Below the pieces are notes generated by a model. It saw only the letters and a program-made list of their open reading frames with translations, was not told the DNA's origin and made no database searches. A DNA stretch of 63,801 nt, the filler included, from Octopus bimaculoides (lineage: Eukaryota): the NCBI RefSeq assembly GCF_001194135.2. It is 6 parts of 6 records of this genome, joined end to end, with 100 filler letters (N's around TTAATTAATTAA, not from the genome) between each part and the next. Parts side by side here need not be neighbours in the genome. Positions count along the whole stretch, not along the records: positions 1 to 24,099 come from NC_068992.1; 5 more parts are not named here. The stretch is one strand, 5' to 3'. Of this stretch, positions 1-14,879 are shown piece by piece. How positions within the stretch are numbered: position 1 is the first letter of the stretch; the number at the start of each line of letters is the position of its first letter. A program made the translations under genes and the position numbers.

Positions 1-151
1 ATATATATGCACACACATACATGTGGATACCTACAATTATACACATACGCATACACACATACACATATATATATCCGTATGCATGGATATGAATATCCTC
101 ATAGCTGAATAATCACGTGTTCCCATACACATATGTATTTTATTGTTTTAT

Positions 152-250
152 TCTTTTACTTGTTTCAGTTTTTGGAATGCGGCCATACTGGGGCACTGAC
201 GTAAACGAGTTTAGTCAAACGAATCGGCCCCAAGGCTTACTTTAGAAAGC
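152..250 (-). mobile_element. SINE family B, decayed 3' fragment
   Basis: ttcttttacttgtttcagt...gcggccatactggggcac matches the 3' end of the copies at 4211 and 5224. Confidence 0.5.
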
Positions 251-3200
251 CCTTACTTATTACATCAGCTCTTTTGTTGAACGGTGAGCGAACGTGGTCG
301 TAAACAAAGGAAGTCTGGTTGTTAATCGGAAGTGGGAAGAAACAAAAGCAAAAAGACTCACACTCATATAGGTGCATATGCATATATACGTGCATACACA
401 CACATACATACACACACTCACAAGACAATTTAGTGAATAGGAAACTAATACCTCTCCATATTTTTTTGTTATTACAGTCAATTATACAGTATATTTAATG
501 TAGATCTGTCCGACATATGTTTCTACTACATATCACAAGACTTTGTTTACGAAATACATTCCTGAACATAATGAACCATAATGAACCGTAATGAATACCA
601 TTAAGGAGGAGCTTTCTTTCCACTGTCTATCATATATTTCTTCATACATTTCTCCGATGACGGAATGCCAGATTTATAGTTTTCACGCCATACGATAGTC
701 CAATAGCCAGAAAATCCCAGAATCAGCTTTTATCTCTACCACTTTTGCATTATTTCACTATTTTTAGATTGAATGAAATGAATTTAAATGCTATAATCCT
801 GCCTTGACGAATTGTTTACCTTCCTCACTAATTTAAACGACACTGACTGATTCAAATGTAGCTACTAACTGCTACTAACAAGACATTCACACAACCATAA
901 TTTCAGTCGCTGTTCTAATTAGGATTTTAGAGGATTACCTATTGGAGCATTAACTTGAGCTAAACTCCTCATATANNNNNNNNNNNNNNNNNNNNNNNNN
1001 NNNNNNNNNNNNNNNNNNNNNNNNNNNNNNNNNNNNNNNNNNNNNNNNNNNNNNNNNNNNNNNNNNNNNNNNNNNNNNNNNNNNNNNNNNNNNNNNNNNN
1101 NNNNNNNNNNNNNNNNNNNNNNNNNNNNNNNNNNNNNNNNNNNNNNNNNNNNNNNNNNNNNNNNNNNNNNNNNNNNNNNNNNNNNNNNNNNNNNNNCACA
1201 CACACACACACACACACTTACACAAACGCGCACTTGTGCAAACAAGCGCAGAGAAGTCTGTGTTCGGTGATCATTACTCCGAAATATTTACACTGTCGTT
1301 CAGGTAAAATGTCTCATCATTATTTAAGTTTTAGTAAACCAATGCAAATCGTTAACAGATATTTAACTGTTGAGAGATTAGTGTGGGTGACGAAGCGTTT
1401 TAAAATTTTTCTGCTAAATACATTTTCATATGTGGCCGATTGTGAGGAGGAAACTGTTCGAAGAGGCTCTTAATTCTCTGATTATCACCATTAGAGTAGA
1501 CACTTGAAAACTTCAAAATCCGTCTCCACTTTACTCTCATTCAGCATAGTAGATTTGTGAAGTTTTATCATTAATAAGTAGAGATACAGCACTATGAAAG
1601 TGGTTTTCAATGAAGAGTGTAATGCATCTTGAAGCAGAGCAGAGTGGAATTGGTATCCACTCAATTATATTCTTCCATGCAATCGCCATATGAAGACTAA
1701 ATTTTCACAGGTTGTTTCAGAGACACAATAATTTATGGTTCCAAGAGAAATCAATCTGATGCAAATCTCGGCAAATGATTTTTTGATAAACATTTAAATT
1801 CTATCCAGGAATTTGAAATTGATGTATGTGTCAATCTGTTGAAAATTTTTGATTTTAAAGCATGAAATATTGATAGTTTTTTTACTTGCTGTAATGAGAT
1901 GTGACGTAAATATTCGAAGGATCATCAACTTCGGAAATAATGGGAAATAATTTAAGAGCAGTTTGAGCGTCTGTTCCGTTGTCTTCATCTACAACAGTGG
2001 AATACAGCAAAATAGCTCCAACGTAGTCGCTTGACCCGCTAGAAATAGTTTTCCCTCATACTGTTATATATAACACATTCTCTCAGACTATTATACATAT
2101 ATGTTGGTGGGTTAAATTATATGATACGAGTCCAATGTAGTACTTAATGACAGGATGAACACATCTGGTGGTGATATTCTCCATCTATACCAGGGGTGAT
2201 ATACTGATTTCTCTCTGGTAGTATATCGAGTCCGCATAGATTTAGGGAACCGGACGTTGAATTGTTTAATTTGTTTGTAATTTCGTCACCAGATGTCTCC
2301 ATAATAAGTATGGAAAACAAACTTGAAATCCGGTCGTCAAACTCTTAATTTTCGTTGTTCATCGTCGTCGTCGTCATCATCATCACATTCATCATCGTTG
2401 TCATCCTCATCATCACCATCATCATATATTTTCATTATTACTGCATTATAGGACATGTTCACTGCTAATATAAAGTAGGAAATTACTATTCCATTTGTCC
2501 ATACCAAAAGAGGACAGTTATACGTATCAAAAATATCAAACATGAAAATATGTGTATGATTTGTGTGATAAAGTATATCACACGAACATTTGAAATAAAT
2601 AACAATTGCAAAAACAAAATAACAAACAAAAGGCGAATAAAATATAAAAACAGAGAATACGAATGCATTTCTTAATGTGATCGATATTAAATCCTATCAG
2701 GAAATATAAATGGATCAGGATTGTTTCCAAACTAGCACTTTGTCTCATATTACATGAGATATCTCTAGTTTCAGCAGTATTCATGAGAGAAGGAATTATC
2801 TATAGATGTAATAATATCACCTTGTGATTCATTGCATTCAAAGAATTCCTTGGCTTTTCTCAATATTACTAAGACTGTAATTGTATGTTGTTATATAAGA
2901 CACACACTCCGAACATAATTACATTACCACAATACCTGCTTTAATCCGATGTTCATCATTTGCTGTTCGAGAAGCCTCCGGAGTTCAAGAAATTAACTAT
3001 AGAATCTCGACTGGCTTTATAAATTCGCGATATCAGAATATCATCCAATAAATCTTAAGTTCTAACTAAGCCGTTGACTCTTATCACGATTTAGATATTC
3101 TGACACTCTCTCAGTCACAGACTTTTGTTCCATTTTGAACACGCGACATAAATCATCTGGCGCCATTCTAATTCACAGTGATCGTATAATGTGCTAGCAA

Positions 3201-4210
3201 TGAAGTGGTATTATCACAGTTGCTTGTCATGGAGATGTAACTGTTGTTTAAACAACAGTTCCTCACATAGAAACGGCTTAGTGTTTGACATACTCTAGAA
3301 CATTCTCAGAACATTTATTCGAATGAGTTATTTGATAAACACAATTATTCTGTTCATAGGAAGCTGTAAAAATATTTTTTCTCATATTATTCAGTTATAT
3401 TCTTTGCTTAAAATGTCAAATGGTTATTTACAAAGATCATATTAGTTTCTTTCTAGTACATTCTTCATGTGGCTGACTTAGAATTTCATAATTTCAATGC
3501 CATTAAAAATAAACAGGAGAAAATCTAACGGCTCATAACCAAGTATAAAATAATTTACCATTTTGACTAGAATAGGATTATCAATTCCATTTATTTCGCA
3601 ACTTTATGGCTAGTAAAAGCATTATTTAAATTAAATTTAAATTTATTGGTGGTGAGCCAAGGTTTCAATGTCGAATATATGTTTTCGTTGCAACTAAATG
3701 AAATATGCATATAAGAGAGGAAATATATCAAAGGAAATACAGCATAAAAATTTATACATTTGCTATCCTGAATTATATTGATATAGTTAAAACATGTATA
3801 GACTTAATGTGGATTTGCATATCGTTCAGCAAGCATTATAGCCATAGCTCCAGAGACAAATATACATTAATATGAATCATGATAAAGATGTGAACATCCG
3901 CTTCCACAAGTTATTATCGTCTTACATATAAAATCTCACTATTTTTTCTCTCTCTCTCTCTCTCTCTTTCTCGTTATATATATGAATTTATGTACATGCT
4001 TATACTCTTATATATGCGCGTTTATGTAAATATTATAGAATCTCCGTGTGTTGTAAATAGGTATGTACAATGTAAAGACACTATTTTTATGTTGTTCACG
4101 CACAGGGGAAAAAAAGGCTAAGGGTTTCAAGACGGACCTTTCACGTTTTGTTTCTGTGCACCAATACTAACAGAATAATGTGTCTACGCGGTTACTTTGA
4201 GGTTTCATAT

Positions 4211-4590
4211 TCTTTTATTCATTTCAGTAATTTGACTGCGGCCATGCAAGAGCACTGCGTTTAGTCGAGTAAATCGACCCCAGGACGTATTATTCCTTAT
4301 AAGCTTAGTACTTATTCTATCGGTCACTTTTGCCGAGCCTCTAGATTACGGGGAGGTAAACGCACCAGCATCGGTTGTCAAGCGATGTTAAGGTGACAAA
4401 CACAGACACACAGGCATATACACACCCATACATACATACATACATACACGACGGGATTCTTTCAGTTTCTGTCTACCAAATCCACTCACAAGGCTTTAGT
4501 CGGCCCAAGGCTATAGTAGAAGACACTTACCCAACGAAGTGAACTCTGAAGCATGTGGTTGGTAAGCAGGCCACTTACCATACAGCCACT
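4211..4590 (-). mobile_element. tRNA-derived SINE family B (octopus OR/CORE-SINE-like), diverged near-full copy
   Basis: Co-linear with 5224-5636 over ~380 nt, including the internal (CA/CATA)n tract and the aaatccactcacaaggc block. Confidence 0.85.
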
Positions 4591-5223
4591 CATATTGGTT
4601 TCAAAGTTTGGCACAAAGTCAACAATTTCAGGTAAGAGTGTAAGTCGATTACACCGCGAGACAAATACGGTTCCCGTAATACAGAAAGATTCTTTTGAAT
4701 GAAGACATAAAGAGATGTGCAGGGAATATCCAACCAAACTTCACACCTTTCCTCATCTACGAGTGCAAAAAAACAATTTCTATACCAGTATGTTTAGATA
4801 AAGAAAATTTGTTCATCGAAAAATACAGAACACGTCTAAATAACCAGCTTTAATCTGAGTATGTATCTTAAATTATGATCCATCACTGTAAATAGTTCTT
4901 CTCAGTACTTTAGCTTTTGAGTTTTTGAGTATATCTATCCCCTCCCCGAATGATAAAAAATTACCCCCCCCTATCCCCGATAATAAGGATCAACAATTAC
5001 CTCCCCTTACATTTTTCTACTTGTTGAATCATTCATTCATAAACTTCTCCACATAGAACATGGACTAAAATCTAAAGAAAATAGGAAATTATAATAATTT
5101 CAATGTCATGATTAGCGAAAGCGAAACCGATCGACAGACACAATATAAAATATATTTAAAATATATTAAAGCTATGAAAAGTGCATTTTCCTTCTTTTGT
5201 TTTACGTATATATATATACATAT

Positions 5224-5636
5224 ACTCTTTTACTCTTTTACTTGTTTCAGTCTTTTGACTGCGGCCATGCTGGAGCACCGCCTTTAGTCGAAGAAATCGA
5301 CCCCAGGACTTATTCTTTGGAAGCCTAGTACTTATTCTATCGGTCTCTTTTGCCGAACCACTAAGTTACGGGGACATAAACACACCAGCATCGGTTGTCA
5401 AGCGATGTTGGGGGGACAAACACAGACATACAAACACACACAGACACATACACATATATATACACATATACGACGGGCTTCTTTCAGTTTCCGTCTACCA
5501 AATCCACTCACAAGGCATTGGTCGGCCCGAGGCTATAGTAGAAGGCACTTGCCCAAGATGCCACGCAGTGGGACTGAACCCGGGACCATGTGGTTGGTAA
5601 GCAAGCTACTTACCACACAGCCACTCCCACGCCTAT
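5224..5636 (-). mobile_element. tRNA-derived SINE family B, full-length copy
   Basis: The minus strand starts with an A-box-like TGGCTGTGTGGTAAG and a B-box-like GGTTCAGTCCC. These are followed by atcttgggcaagtg (resembles the start of the CORE domain), an internal microsatellite and a (GTAAAAGA)n-type tail. The family name is an inference. Confidence 0.88.
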
Positions 5637-8383
5637 AATACATATATATATGAATATATATATATATATATATGTATATGCATATATATATATATATATG
5701 TGTATATGTATATAGATATGTGTGTGTATATGTGTACGTCTATGTATATAAATATAATATATATTTATATATGTATTTGTTCATATGTCTGTATGTATCT
5801 CCATACTCCGTAAATGTATAATGATATCCTACGCATGGAAGAGTCACTTAAAAATTTGAGAATGGAATGATATATTTACTTTTGGTATCCTTCCCAATAT
5901 ATCAAAATTTTGTTGCACTACTGCGACCAGATTATTACTACAGTCCTATTGTATGTCACCTCAACCGCATATCAGGAAGAACTCTGACATCATTTTATTT
6001 TTATATGATAATTTCCAAGTGTAGGCGGAGATATGCAACATGAAATAATGTTGAGATAAAATATTTCAGATAGAGTTCTTCCCTGGAGATGTTCTTCGTC
6101 AAAAAATATTAAAAAATTCCCTCTCACTCATTCACTCACTCACACACACACTCACAAACACACACACACACTCACACACACTTACTCACTCATACACACA
6201 CACAGACACACACACACACACGCACACACATAATTCTGCTTCCAACATACAAACATAATGATGCGTGGTTGTAAGTTATAGTTGCTATATTCACACAATT
6301 ATAATCAATAAACACGAACTACTATATTTATTTATCTATTTATTTATTTGGTAAAGGTTTTTGAGGTTGACATTTACGTTCAACTTATGTTACTTGATGT
6401 ACGTAATAATATCTCGGAATACACAGCGGTGAGTTCTAAAAGTCATCTGCAATACTGGATCGAATGATTTAAAGAGTGAAATGTGATGAAGATAATGATA
6501 GAATGGGAGCATGAATTAATAGAGAGATTGGTGGGACATGGTATACTGGTTACTAACCCAGAGAAAATGAAGATGAAATGGTATCAGTAGAAGCGAGAAG
6601 GAGAGGTGCATAAGAACGTGTCAGCGATTTTAATATTTTAGTAAGCAAGTGTCAGGGCAATCCAAGGAAACATTTTGGAGGCTGTCCCAGTGTGTCTCTG
6701 TCTGCTGAGCACTAGCCACTTCTGAAGTATGAAACATTGCTATTAAGAGCTATTGCCGGCATTATCCCCAAAATTAAAATTATTACGGTGCAGAAGTTTG
6801 ACCTTTATCAAGTAATTTAGATTGATTTCATCTCAATCGCAAAATACAAAAAAAAAATAAATAAATATAAAAAAAAGTAAGCGGAAACTATCTGAAATGA
6901 TCTAAACAAATTTTAACCTGTTGTATATTGTGACGTTCTGTGGTAATGTAATAGATAATATATTACATGTATAAACGTGCTAAATATCGTACAACACCAA
7001 CAGAAAATGTCGTGGTTGCACAAGCATTGCTACATTTAGTGAGGTTCATTTATTTGGGATTTTGTATCTAGTCGGTTGGAATTTGTTTTGGATGGAGGTG
7101 GTATTATTTAGCTAAGTAAATTGGGATATTTGGGTTATTTGCTCTAATTTCTGAGATCAAATATGTACTGGATCTTGGGTTTCATCTTGACGGGGTTAAT
7201 AGAATGAGTGATAGTAAACTTTTGCATTCATTCAAGTCAGCGGAAACTATTTCTTACCAATGTGTGACCTAACATTGTACTAAATTGGCTTTAGACGACA
7301 TCTTATCTGCTATACGCCTGTTTAAATTTGATCAATGCATTTCATTTATTGATCCAATATCTTCGAACTCAAAAATTGACTGGTATTTGAACGTTGTATC
7401 ACCTAATTTTTAAAGAAATCTTATTTTTGCACCATCACAAACCAATCAGACTTGTTTCCAGTTTAATGCAGAGAGGCAGCAACCTACTAAGAAGCAATTT
7501 AACAAAAGGTGGCTTAAAAGCTCTACATTCCTCACGTCATCAATTGATAATGAACAGAATTTGCATTATCATACCATCTGGTAATAAACTTTTAATTCTA
7601 AGTAATGAGATGCAATATAATGCTATAGTGAATTCAAAAGAAAGTAGCTTGTAAGATGGTGATAAATCATTGATCGTGTCAAATCATTCATTAATTTTAC
7701 TCTCTGACGTTATTAATCCTTCACGTGAGCAAGAAGATCTGTTCTTTTAATGTTAGTCTTCCTCTATAGCAATCGAGTCAGTTGTATGACTAGCACTGAT
7801 CGTTGTGAGAAATAACGCAGCAAAATAGGGGACAAGAGTGATTTGATAGGTTGTCCCCAAATTTAATTTCTTACGTGAAATAGGAAAGTGATGTGTGTGT
7901 GTGTGTTAAGACGAGCTTTGTACTACGAGTTTAGCTTATAAGACAAGAAGTACCGTATTTAGGAGATAATTGAGTGAAAATAGCGGCACTTAATAAGAAG
8001 GTCACTGAACTGACAGCTGAAGTAGTAATTCCTTCCGGATCAAAAGACAAGGGGAGGTAATTTAACAGGTTTAAATTTACCATTTGATTTTATCATAGTG
8101 AATTTACTTTTATTCAAATTAGCTGGGGTAGGGCGATTATAAGGTGTGAAGGAGTCTTTTCAATACAAATTGCAATTCTCATTGAAGTTCGTTTCAAAAT
8201 GAATTTAAAGATAGGAATTCGAACAGCTATTAATTGTTAAATATAAGTCCACTTTTGATACCAATTATGATATAAGGTAATTAATGTACAATTCTTTCGG
8301 TATTTTACTAGTTTCTGAAGTACTATCATATAAAAGACGGTTGTCAGTGGTAGGACAGTAGAGGAAATGAGAAAAGGTGAATG

Positions 8384-8386
<3 letters not shown>

Positions 8387-8429
<43 letters not shown>

Positions 8430-8496
8430 AAAGAAAGGGTGGAAAAGAGAAGAAGAGAGAAAGAAGAAGAAGAGGAGAGAGAGAGAGAGAGAGAGA
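8387..8496. repeat. (AG)n / (AAG)n purine-rich microsatellite
   Basis: Direct reading. Confidence 0.95.
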
Positions 8497-8670
8497 TGGG
8501 TATAATGCTATATGATATTTAGTTCTGTTCCTACATACCTAAAATTCCAATCATGTCACCTCGATAATACTGCGTTTCAGGTAAAAGATACCATTAATAT
8601 ACTGTAAATTGTTGCATACCATTATAGTCCATGCTATATCTGATAGCTTGTAAGGAATTAATAAAAGATT

Positions 8671-8891
8671 TTATTCTCTTTTAAACTTAACCATATCAAA
8701 ATCTTTAAAATATGGTCCATCGAGTTCGGCAGTTGGTATTACTAGTTCTCTGTCGTGAAAAGGTTCCAGGAATTTACTCCAGAATTGTCCTTTGGACTTG
8801 ATTATAATCAAGTACCCCAGTTTAAAGAAACTCATTGCTGAAAATGGTGGAACACTGTAAATTTTAATAGTTGATTTATCAGTTTTCAAAT
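8671..8891 (-). CDS. Candidate terminal coding exon of an unidentified gene (xDLKTDKSTIK...ELDGPYFKDFDMVKFKRE*)
   Basis: A 221-nt open frame is preceded on the minus strand by ttctactctatctttaatttttcgatacAG (pyrimidine tract plus CAG), phase 1. No homolog is recognised. Confidence 0.25.
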
Positions 8892-10041
8892 CTGTATCGA
8901 AAAATTAAAGATAGAGTAGAAGAATAGCATTGTATTGAAGGTGCATATAATTATCACATATATTAAATCAGAGCCCTATGAATCATTCCGACTTGGAAAG
9001 AGATAAATGCGTTGTCANNNNNNNNNNNNNNNNNNNNNNNNNTATATATATATATATATATATGAGCTTATGTCGAGATTCATCTTATCTTTTTGTCCTG
9101 CTCTATCAACAACGGTGCTCCACCACACTGCCTCCAATTGAGGTAAGGATTTAAAAATTATCATAATACCACGCTCAGGATAATGATAATAAAATCGTTT
9201 AATAAAATGCATTTAGACTTTATACTATGTTACCAGTTTGTTCTCTATAAGTATGTGATAAGATGAAAATGTAATAGCTGGAGACAATTGGAAAGGGATT
9301 ATACTCTGAGTTTGTAATAGAGATATGATATTTCTCTACCCTAGCATCGGTAGTATTCTATTTCCAGTCGGTTTGTGAACGATTTAAAAGCAAGAGGATG
9401 CGCCCGACCACCAAATTTAATTCCACATTCAAATACCAAATAAAACTGAAACTTAATTCAGTATCACACTAGGGGATTCAATTGGGCTGAGTGGATTAAA
9501 ATTTAACAAGAAATTATTTAATTGTTTTAAATTTATTTTCTGTTTCTCAGATATATTTCTATCGATCTTACTTACTACAAAGAAAAATTAATTCTAAAAT
9601 ATATGGAGATTCTGTAAATGTCAACGCTTTGGCAAATGCTATTTTAAACTCATATTTTTACCCTCCTCTCCGAAATACGTATCATAATCTTATTCTGTTC
9701 TACTTTATTTAATTTTTTTTTTAGATGAGGGCGCAGCATATCTCTACTCACGCATTATGGCAGTAATTTATATAAAAAAAAAGTAACATTGCTAAAATGT
9801 CCTTTATTCGCCTTCAACTATTTTCTAATGATATTTTTCTTCCAGGGTACATTTGACATTCTGCAAATCAGATAAATTGAATATCGATTTCCTGACTAAG
9901 AATTACACAACACCCTGTGTTTTATATTTTTATTTCAATCTTACTCTTCTGTAGTGTCTGCAAGCATTGTAGAATTTCATCATGCAATAATTAGTATATT
10001 AATTCAATCTCTGCCACCACCTCATAGCATTAAAAACTCAC

Positions 10042-10138
10042 CAGAATCAAAAAGATCCTTAGAATGAAGTATGTCCATCAACCATAAATATGCAGATGTT
10101 CTATTAGTGAAAGTGTTTGAGGAAGATGAAAATGGAAT
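10042..10138 (-). CDS. Candidate internal exon (IPFSSSSNTFTNRTSAYLWLMDILHSKDLFDS)
   Basis: 97 nt, open, ending in the consensus donor CTG|GTGAGT. It is phase 1 and so compatible with the 8891 acceptor. Its own acceptor (tatgtAG) is weak. Confidence 0.2.
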
Positions 10139-12200
10139 CTACATACAAAATTTCTGTAGTGGGTCTGATATAACATAATATGAAGCAGAATATATTTCAA
10201 GAAGTAGACCTCAGATGATGCAATACGTGAAAATAATGCAAGCTACAAGGCAGTGACATATAAGATCGATTGAGTCAACGAACTGCAGGAATATTTGCAA
10301 GAGAATATACAACAGAGTTAATGCATTCATTCAGGGAAGGCAATCTATGTATGGCGTATAGTGAATATGGAAATATTTGGAATACATGTTGGTTTATTAT
10401 TTCTATAGCCAGTATTTAAATGTGTCGTATATAATTTCCATTCCGTAAAGTGATATGGAATTGGTATTGAACACTAAATGTTAGTGAAGAGAAACTGGAA
10501 ATGAGTCATCATGCAATTTGGACCGTTTCTGTTTGATGTTCTTATCTTCTTTTTTTTTGTAGTTATTGTGATTGTATTTTTGTTGAAATTGTTGGTATTG
10601 AATAATCTCAAGTCAGCACTGATTGAACACGAGGGCATTTCAGCTGCCGCAAGCCCATATTTTATTCAGGCACAAAACATTCCAGACTACAATATTTCTT
10701 AGATATTATCCATTCTTAAAGTGGTAGGGAGTAGTTAAATGAAAACGTAGTTGTTATTTCTTGTTGGTCGAGTGCCCCGTCACTTTACGTGACACTTTGG
10801 TGCTTTCGAAAGCGCTTTCCTTTAAGGATCAAGTGAATACTATTTGTTTTTTAAAACTAATGTCACTAGCCGTTAGATAAACCACACGTATCTGACCAAG
10901 GACCAACATAACCTTGTCCAAAATATGTCAGTATAAAATTTAAGTATAGAACTAGGTTATTTAGAATGGCCGTTTTCTATATTTTGCATTCGAGCCTCTA
11001 TACCTATTTAATTGTCCAGTCTAGCTGTGTTGAGGTACTTTCTCTCCAAGTTGCTATCCAATGGGATATTTTTCCGTGTGACGATACATCTCCTAGACAT
11101 TTAAGTTCTGTTGTCTGCAACATCGCTTTACATGATAGAAACTGAAGGCAAAGGACACATTGGAAAACCGATACATATATGGAAGAAGGTGTTATGAACG
11201 AAATTTAATTGATCATTGCTTTACTCAATACGGGTTGCTCTGAGATTAAACAAAAACAACATCGGTAACAACGGCTCTCTTTCTGAGTGTTAAGTATAAG
11301 ATCAGAATTATCAGTACTGTATTAAGCGATACCTGAGTGTATGATATGAGGGATGGTAGGATATGACAAGTGTGAAGTGTGAAATGTCTCATCGAGAGAC
11401 TGAAAGAGAGAATGAATGAATTAAGGGAATTGATTGGAAGTAAGAATCGAAAACCACATAGTAAACACATCATTCCGGGTGGTTATTACCACTGAACAAT
11501 GAAGATACATGGTGATCATGTGATTACAAGAAATGAAGCATAATAAATGTTGATTCCAAAATATGGTTATCTTTGCCAATAACCATTATAATGTTTCGCT
11601 CCGCTTCACACTAGAAAAACAATTTTAAAACCTTTCACTTTATTGTTTTACAACAACACTATTGTCTAAATCTAAAATAAATGGTGTTGTCTGCTCTCTG
11701 TCGATGACCGATGTAATAAGTGTTTCATTTCACTGCCCCATCAGACAACTTTCTGTACGCTAGCTGTGTGTTTATATCACCCAGTTGACCCATAGCTCAA
11801 CGAATAATCAAACAGGTCACTAGTTGAGCTACTGCTTTCATAATAACATCATTTCACATATTAATGGTGTTACCTCAAATATTGAAACTGAAGGTTGTTA
11901 ATGGCCTTAAGTAATAACGTGATAGACTAATTAGCTTGGAATAAATCGTTACGAACATTTACGTTCCGATTTCAAACCCCGCTGGATTCCACTTAATCTC
12001 TTGGTCCCACCAAATTCTATAAAATAAGTACCTGTAATATATTAGTTGTAAATTAGATGGAGTAAAATCTTTAATTCAGTATTTGTGGGCATCTGTCATA
12101 TGTACGTCCATTTATAAAAATATCTGACTTTATGCCAATGTCAGAATTAAATATTTTTCTGACTCGGCCAGATGTGACATACTTTTCTTCCNNNNNNNNN

Positions 12201-12201
12201 N

Positions 12202-12270
<69 letters not shown>
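12201..12270. repeat. (CT)n microsatellite
   Basis: Direct reading. Confidence 0.97.
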
Positions 12271-12275
<5 letters not shown>

Positions 12276-13325
12276 ATTCAACCATTCTATGTGTGTATGA
12301 ATATGCGTGTAGATGGGTTGTCTACGCCAGCGTAAGTGAAGAATAAGTGTGTGTATGTATATGTGTGTGTGTGAAATATGTGTCTGTGTGAAATGTGTGT
12401 CTGTGTGTGCGTGTGAAATATAAAACTACACATACGCACACACATGAACACACATATACACACGAATATATACACGCAGATATATATGCTATTGAGAATC
12501 CACACATACACACACAACTGGTACTGAGTGTGTCTGAATATAAAGTCTTAATTAAACCTAAAAGGAAAGAAATAAATAACTATACCCACTAAAATAAAAA
12601 TAACATATAAAAAATGTATACAAAGTCTATGGAAGCAAATATCATAATAATGATCTTTCGATTTGGTAAGCCAGTGCCAATTATTGGAAATGGCCTCCAC
12701 TTCCAGCAGGCTCTGAAGAGACCACATATTGACATCAAACTAGCAGCATGTGTGAATATAGTTACAGTGAGCTGCACACATGCACATAGACATTCATACA
12801 CACATACACACGCATATATACGCATACGCAAATATACAGTCTTCGAATTTTAGTGAACTAGAAGACATTCGAGAAAATGAATAGATAGGTATCTAGAATT
12901 AAGTGAAAAAAAATAGTGGGGGAATGGGGAATAAATGAAAATAAAGGAATACGTTAAACTGATAACGAAAAAAAAATTCAAATTTTCTTCAAGGAAAAAA
13001 AGGAGAAAAAGTATAAATCTAAGACACAAAAATAAATATAAAGAAATAAGAGGGAATATTAATATCTTTCCTGTTCCACAAATATCAATGAATTGGAAAT
13101 AAAATGTTGACTTATATATATANNNNNNNNNNNNNNNNNNNNNNNNNNNNNNNNNNNNNNNNNNNNNNNNNNNNNNNNNNNNNNNNNNNNNNNNNNNNNN
13201 NNNNNNNNNNNNNNNNNNNNNNNNNNNNNNNNNNNNNNNNNNNNNNNNNNNNNNNNNNNNNNNNNNNNNNNNNNNNNNNNNNNNNNNNNNNNNNNNNNNN
13301 NNNNNNNNNNATATATATATAAATA

Positions 13326-13356
<31 letters not shown>

Positions 13357-13418
13357 GTGTATATATGTGTGTGTATATATATGCATATATATATATATAT
13401 GTGTGTGTATATATATGC

Positions 13419-13450
<32 letters not shown>

Positions 13451-14879
13451 ATGTTTTTGTGTGTATGTGCGTGTTTCTCTTTGCTTGTGTATATTTATAT
13501 ATGCATACACATTCATACATACATACATATTAATATATCATGCACACACACACACACACGCACACACATACACACAAATATATATGTATGTATACACGCA
13601 CATACGAAACCACAATTATGTTAAGAACTTCATTAGCTTACAGTTGTTTCTGCTATACGTTGCAATGCACACATCTATTATGAAGCTAAGGGATGATACT
13701 CAATCATTCAACCATGCGTGCATTGCATTTTATAGCAGAAACATTTTAAACAAATGAACTTCGAAACAATTGTTTATTCCTTTGACAGTTTAATTTCTCA
13801 TAACCACACTCTAATTGACTGACGCTTCATTCCAAAGCATATGTGTATTGAATTTTAACACCTATTCATTCGTATCAGTATGTCTCGGCGAAATATATAT
13901 GCACACCTCCTGTATGGGGAATTGGTCAACCACAACAACAGCAGCAAAGGATGTGTCGGGCCGCAAGAAAGGAACAGCTGTAACCATATGAAATATACAA
14001 TGAGAGCTAGCATTTGTAATGACAACACCAGGAAGTCTTGAGCTGCACTATCAAAACAACAGCATTTCTAGTTGCATCAACCGCAGTAGAAATGGCCTCG
14101 TCTTTATCAAGAGTACAAAAAACAACAGCAAGTACAAGAACAACAATAACATGTATAACATCAGCGAGCTTCACCATCATTATTGTCATCGTCTTCGTCG
14201 TCACCGTCTTCGTCTTTATATGCAGCAATAACAATAGCACTAATATAATATGACATCGACAATAATATGAACTACAAGAATGGCATCATCATCATCATCA
14301 TCATCATCATCACGATCATGATCATGGTGAAGCACATCTCACCGTCTACGTGTTCAGTGTCGTTATCGTGGTCGTCATCATCATCACCATGAGTTTAAAC
14401 AACAACAGCAGTAACCTCATCAATCGAAACTACAAAAGGAAGGACTCTGTGGTAACAACAACAGCAACAGCAAAAACAAAAGCAGGAACAATCGCAACAA
14501 GGACGGCAAAAATAACGATAAGCTACCACAATAGCTTTAATGAATAACAACAGAATAATAACAACATTAGTAAACTTCAACGATAATAGAAAAAAATAGA
14601 CAAATATAACAACAAAAACTACAAAAAGAAAAGAAAACCTGTATTACTAGGAGTACTGGAAGTAGCAGCCAATTCTATCGTGAATCACTCTCTTCGTTAT
14701 TCAAACGTGAAGAAAAAATATCGAACAATCTAGCTCATGATATGGAAAACGGTTTGGAGGTTTTGGCACATAGCTTTTTCCAATATATGATGAACTACCC
14801 CAGAACAACAACAACAACAACAACAACAACACCACAAGCCTCAGTAGCAGTAATAGCTTCTGCTGGATCTTAGGTGCTC

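Noticed and set aside
1794-3370. Several short protein-like minus-strand frames next to AG/GT sites
   Set aside because: They are interrupted by stops, give no consistent phase chain and have no homology. Similar frames appear on both strands by chance.
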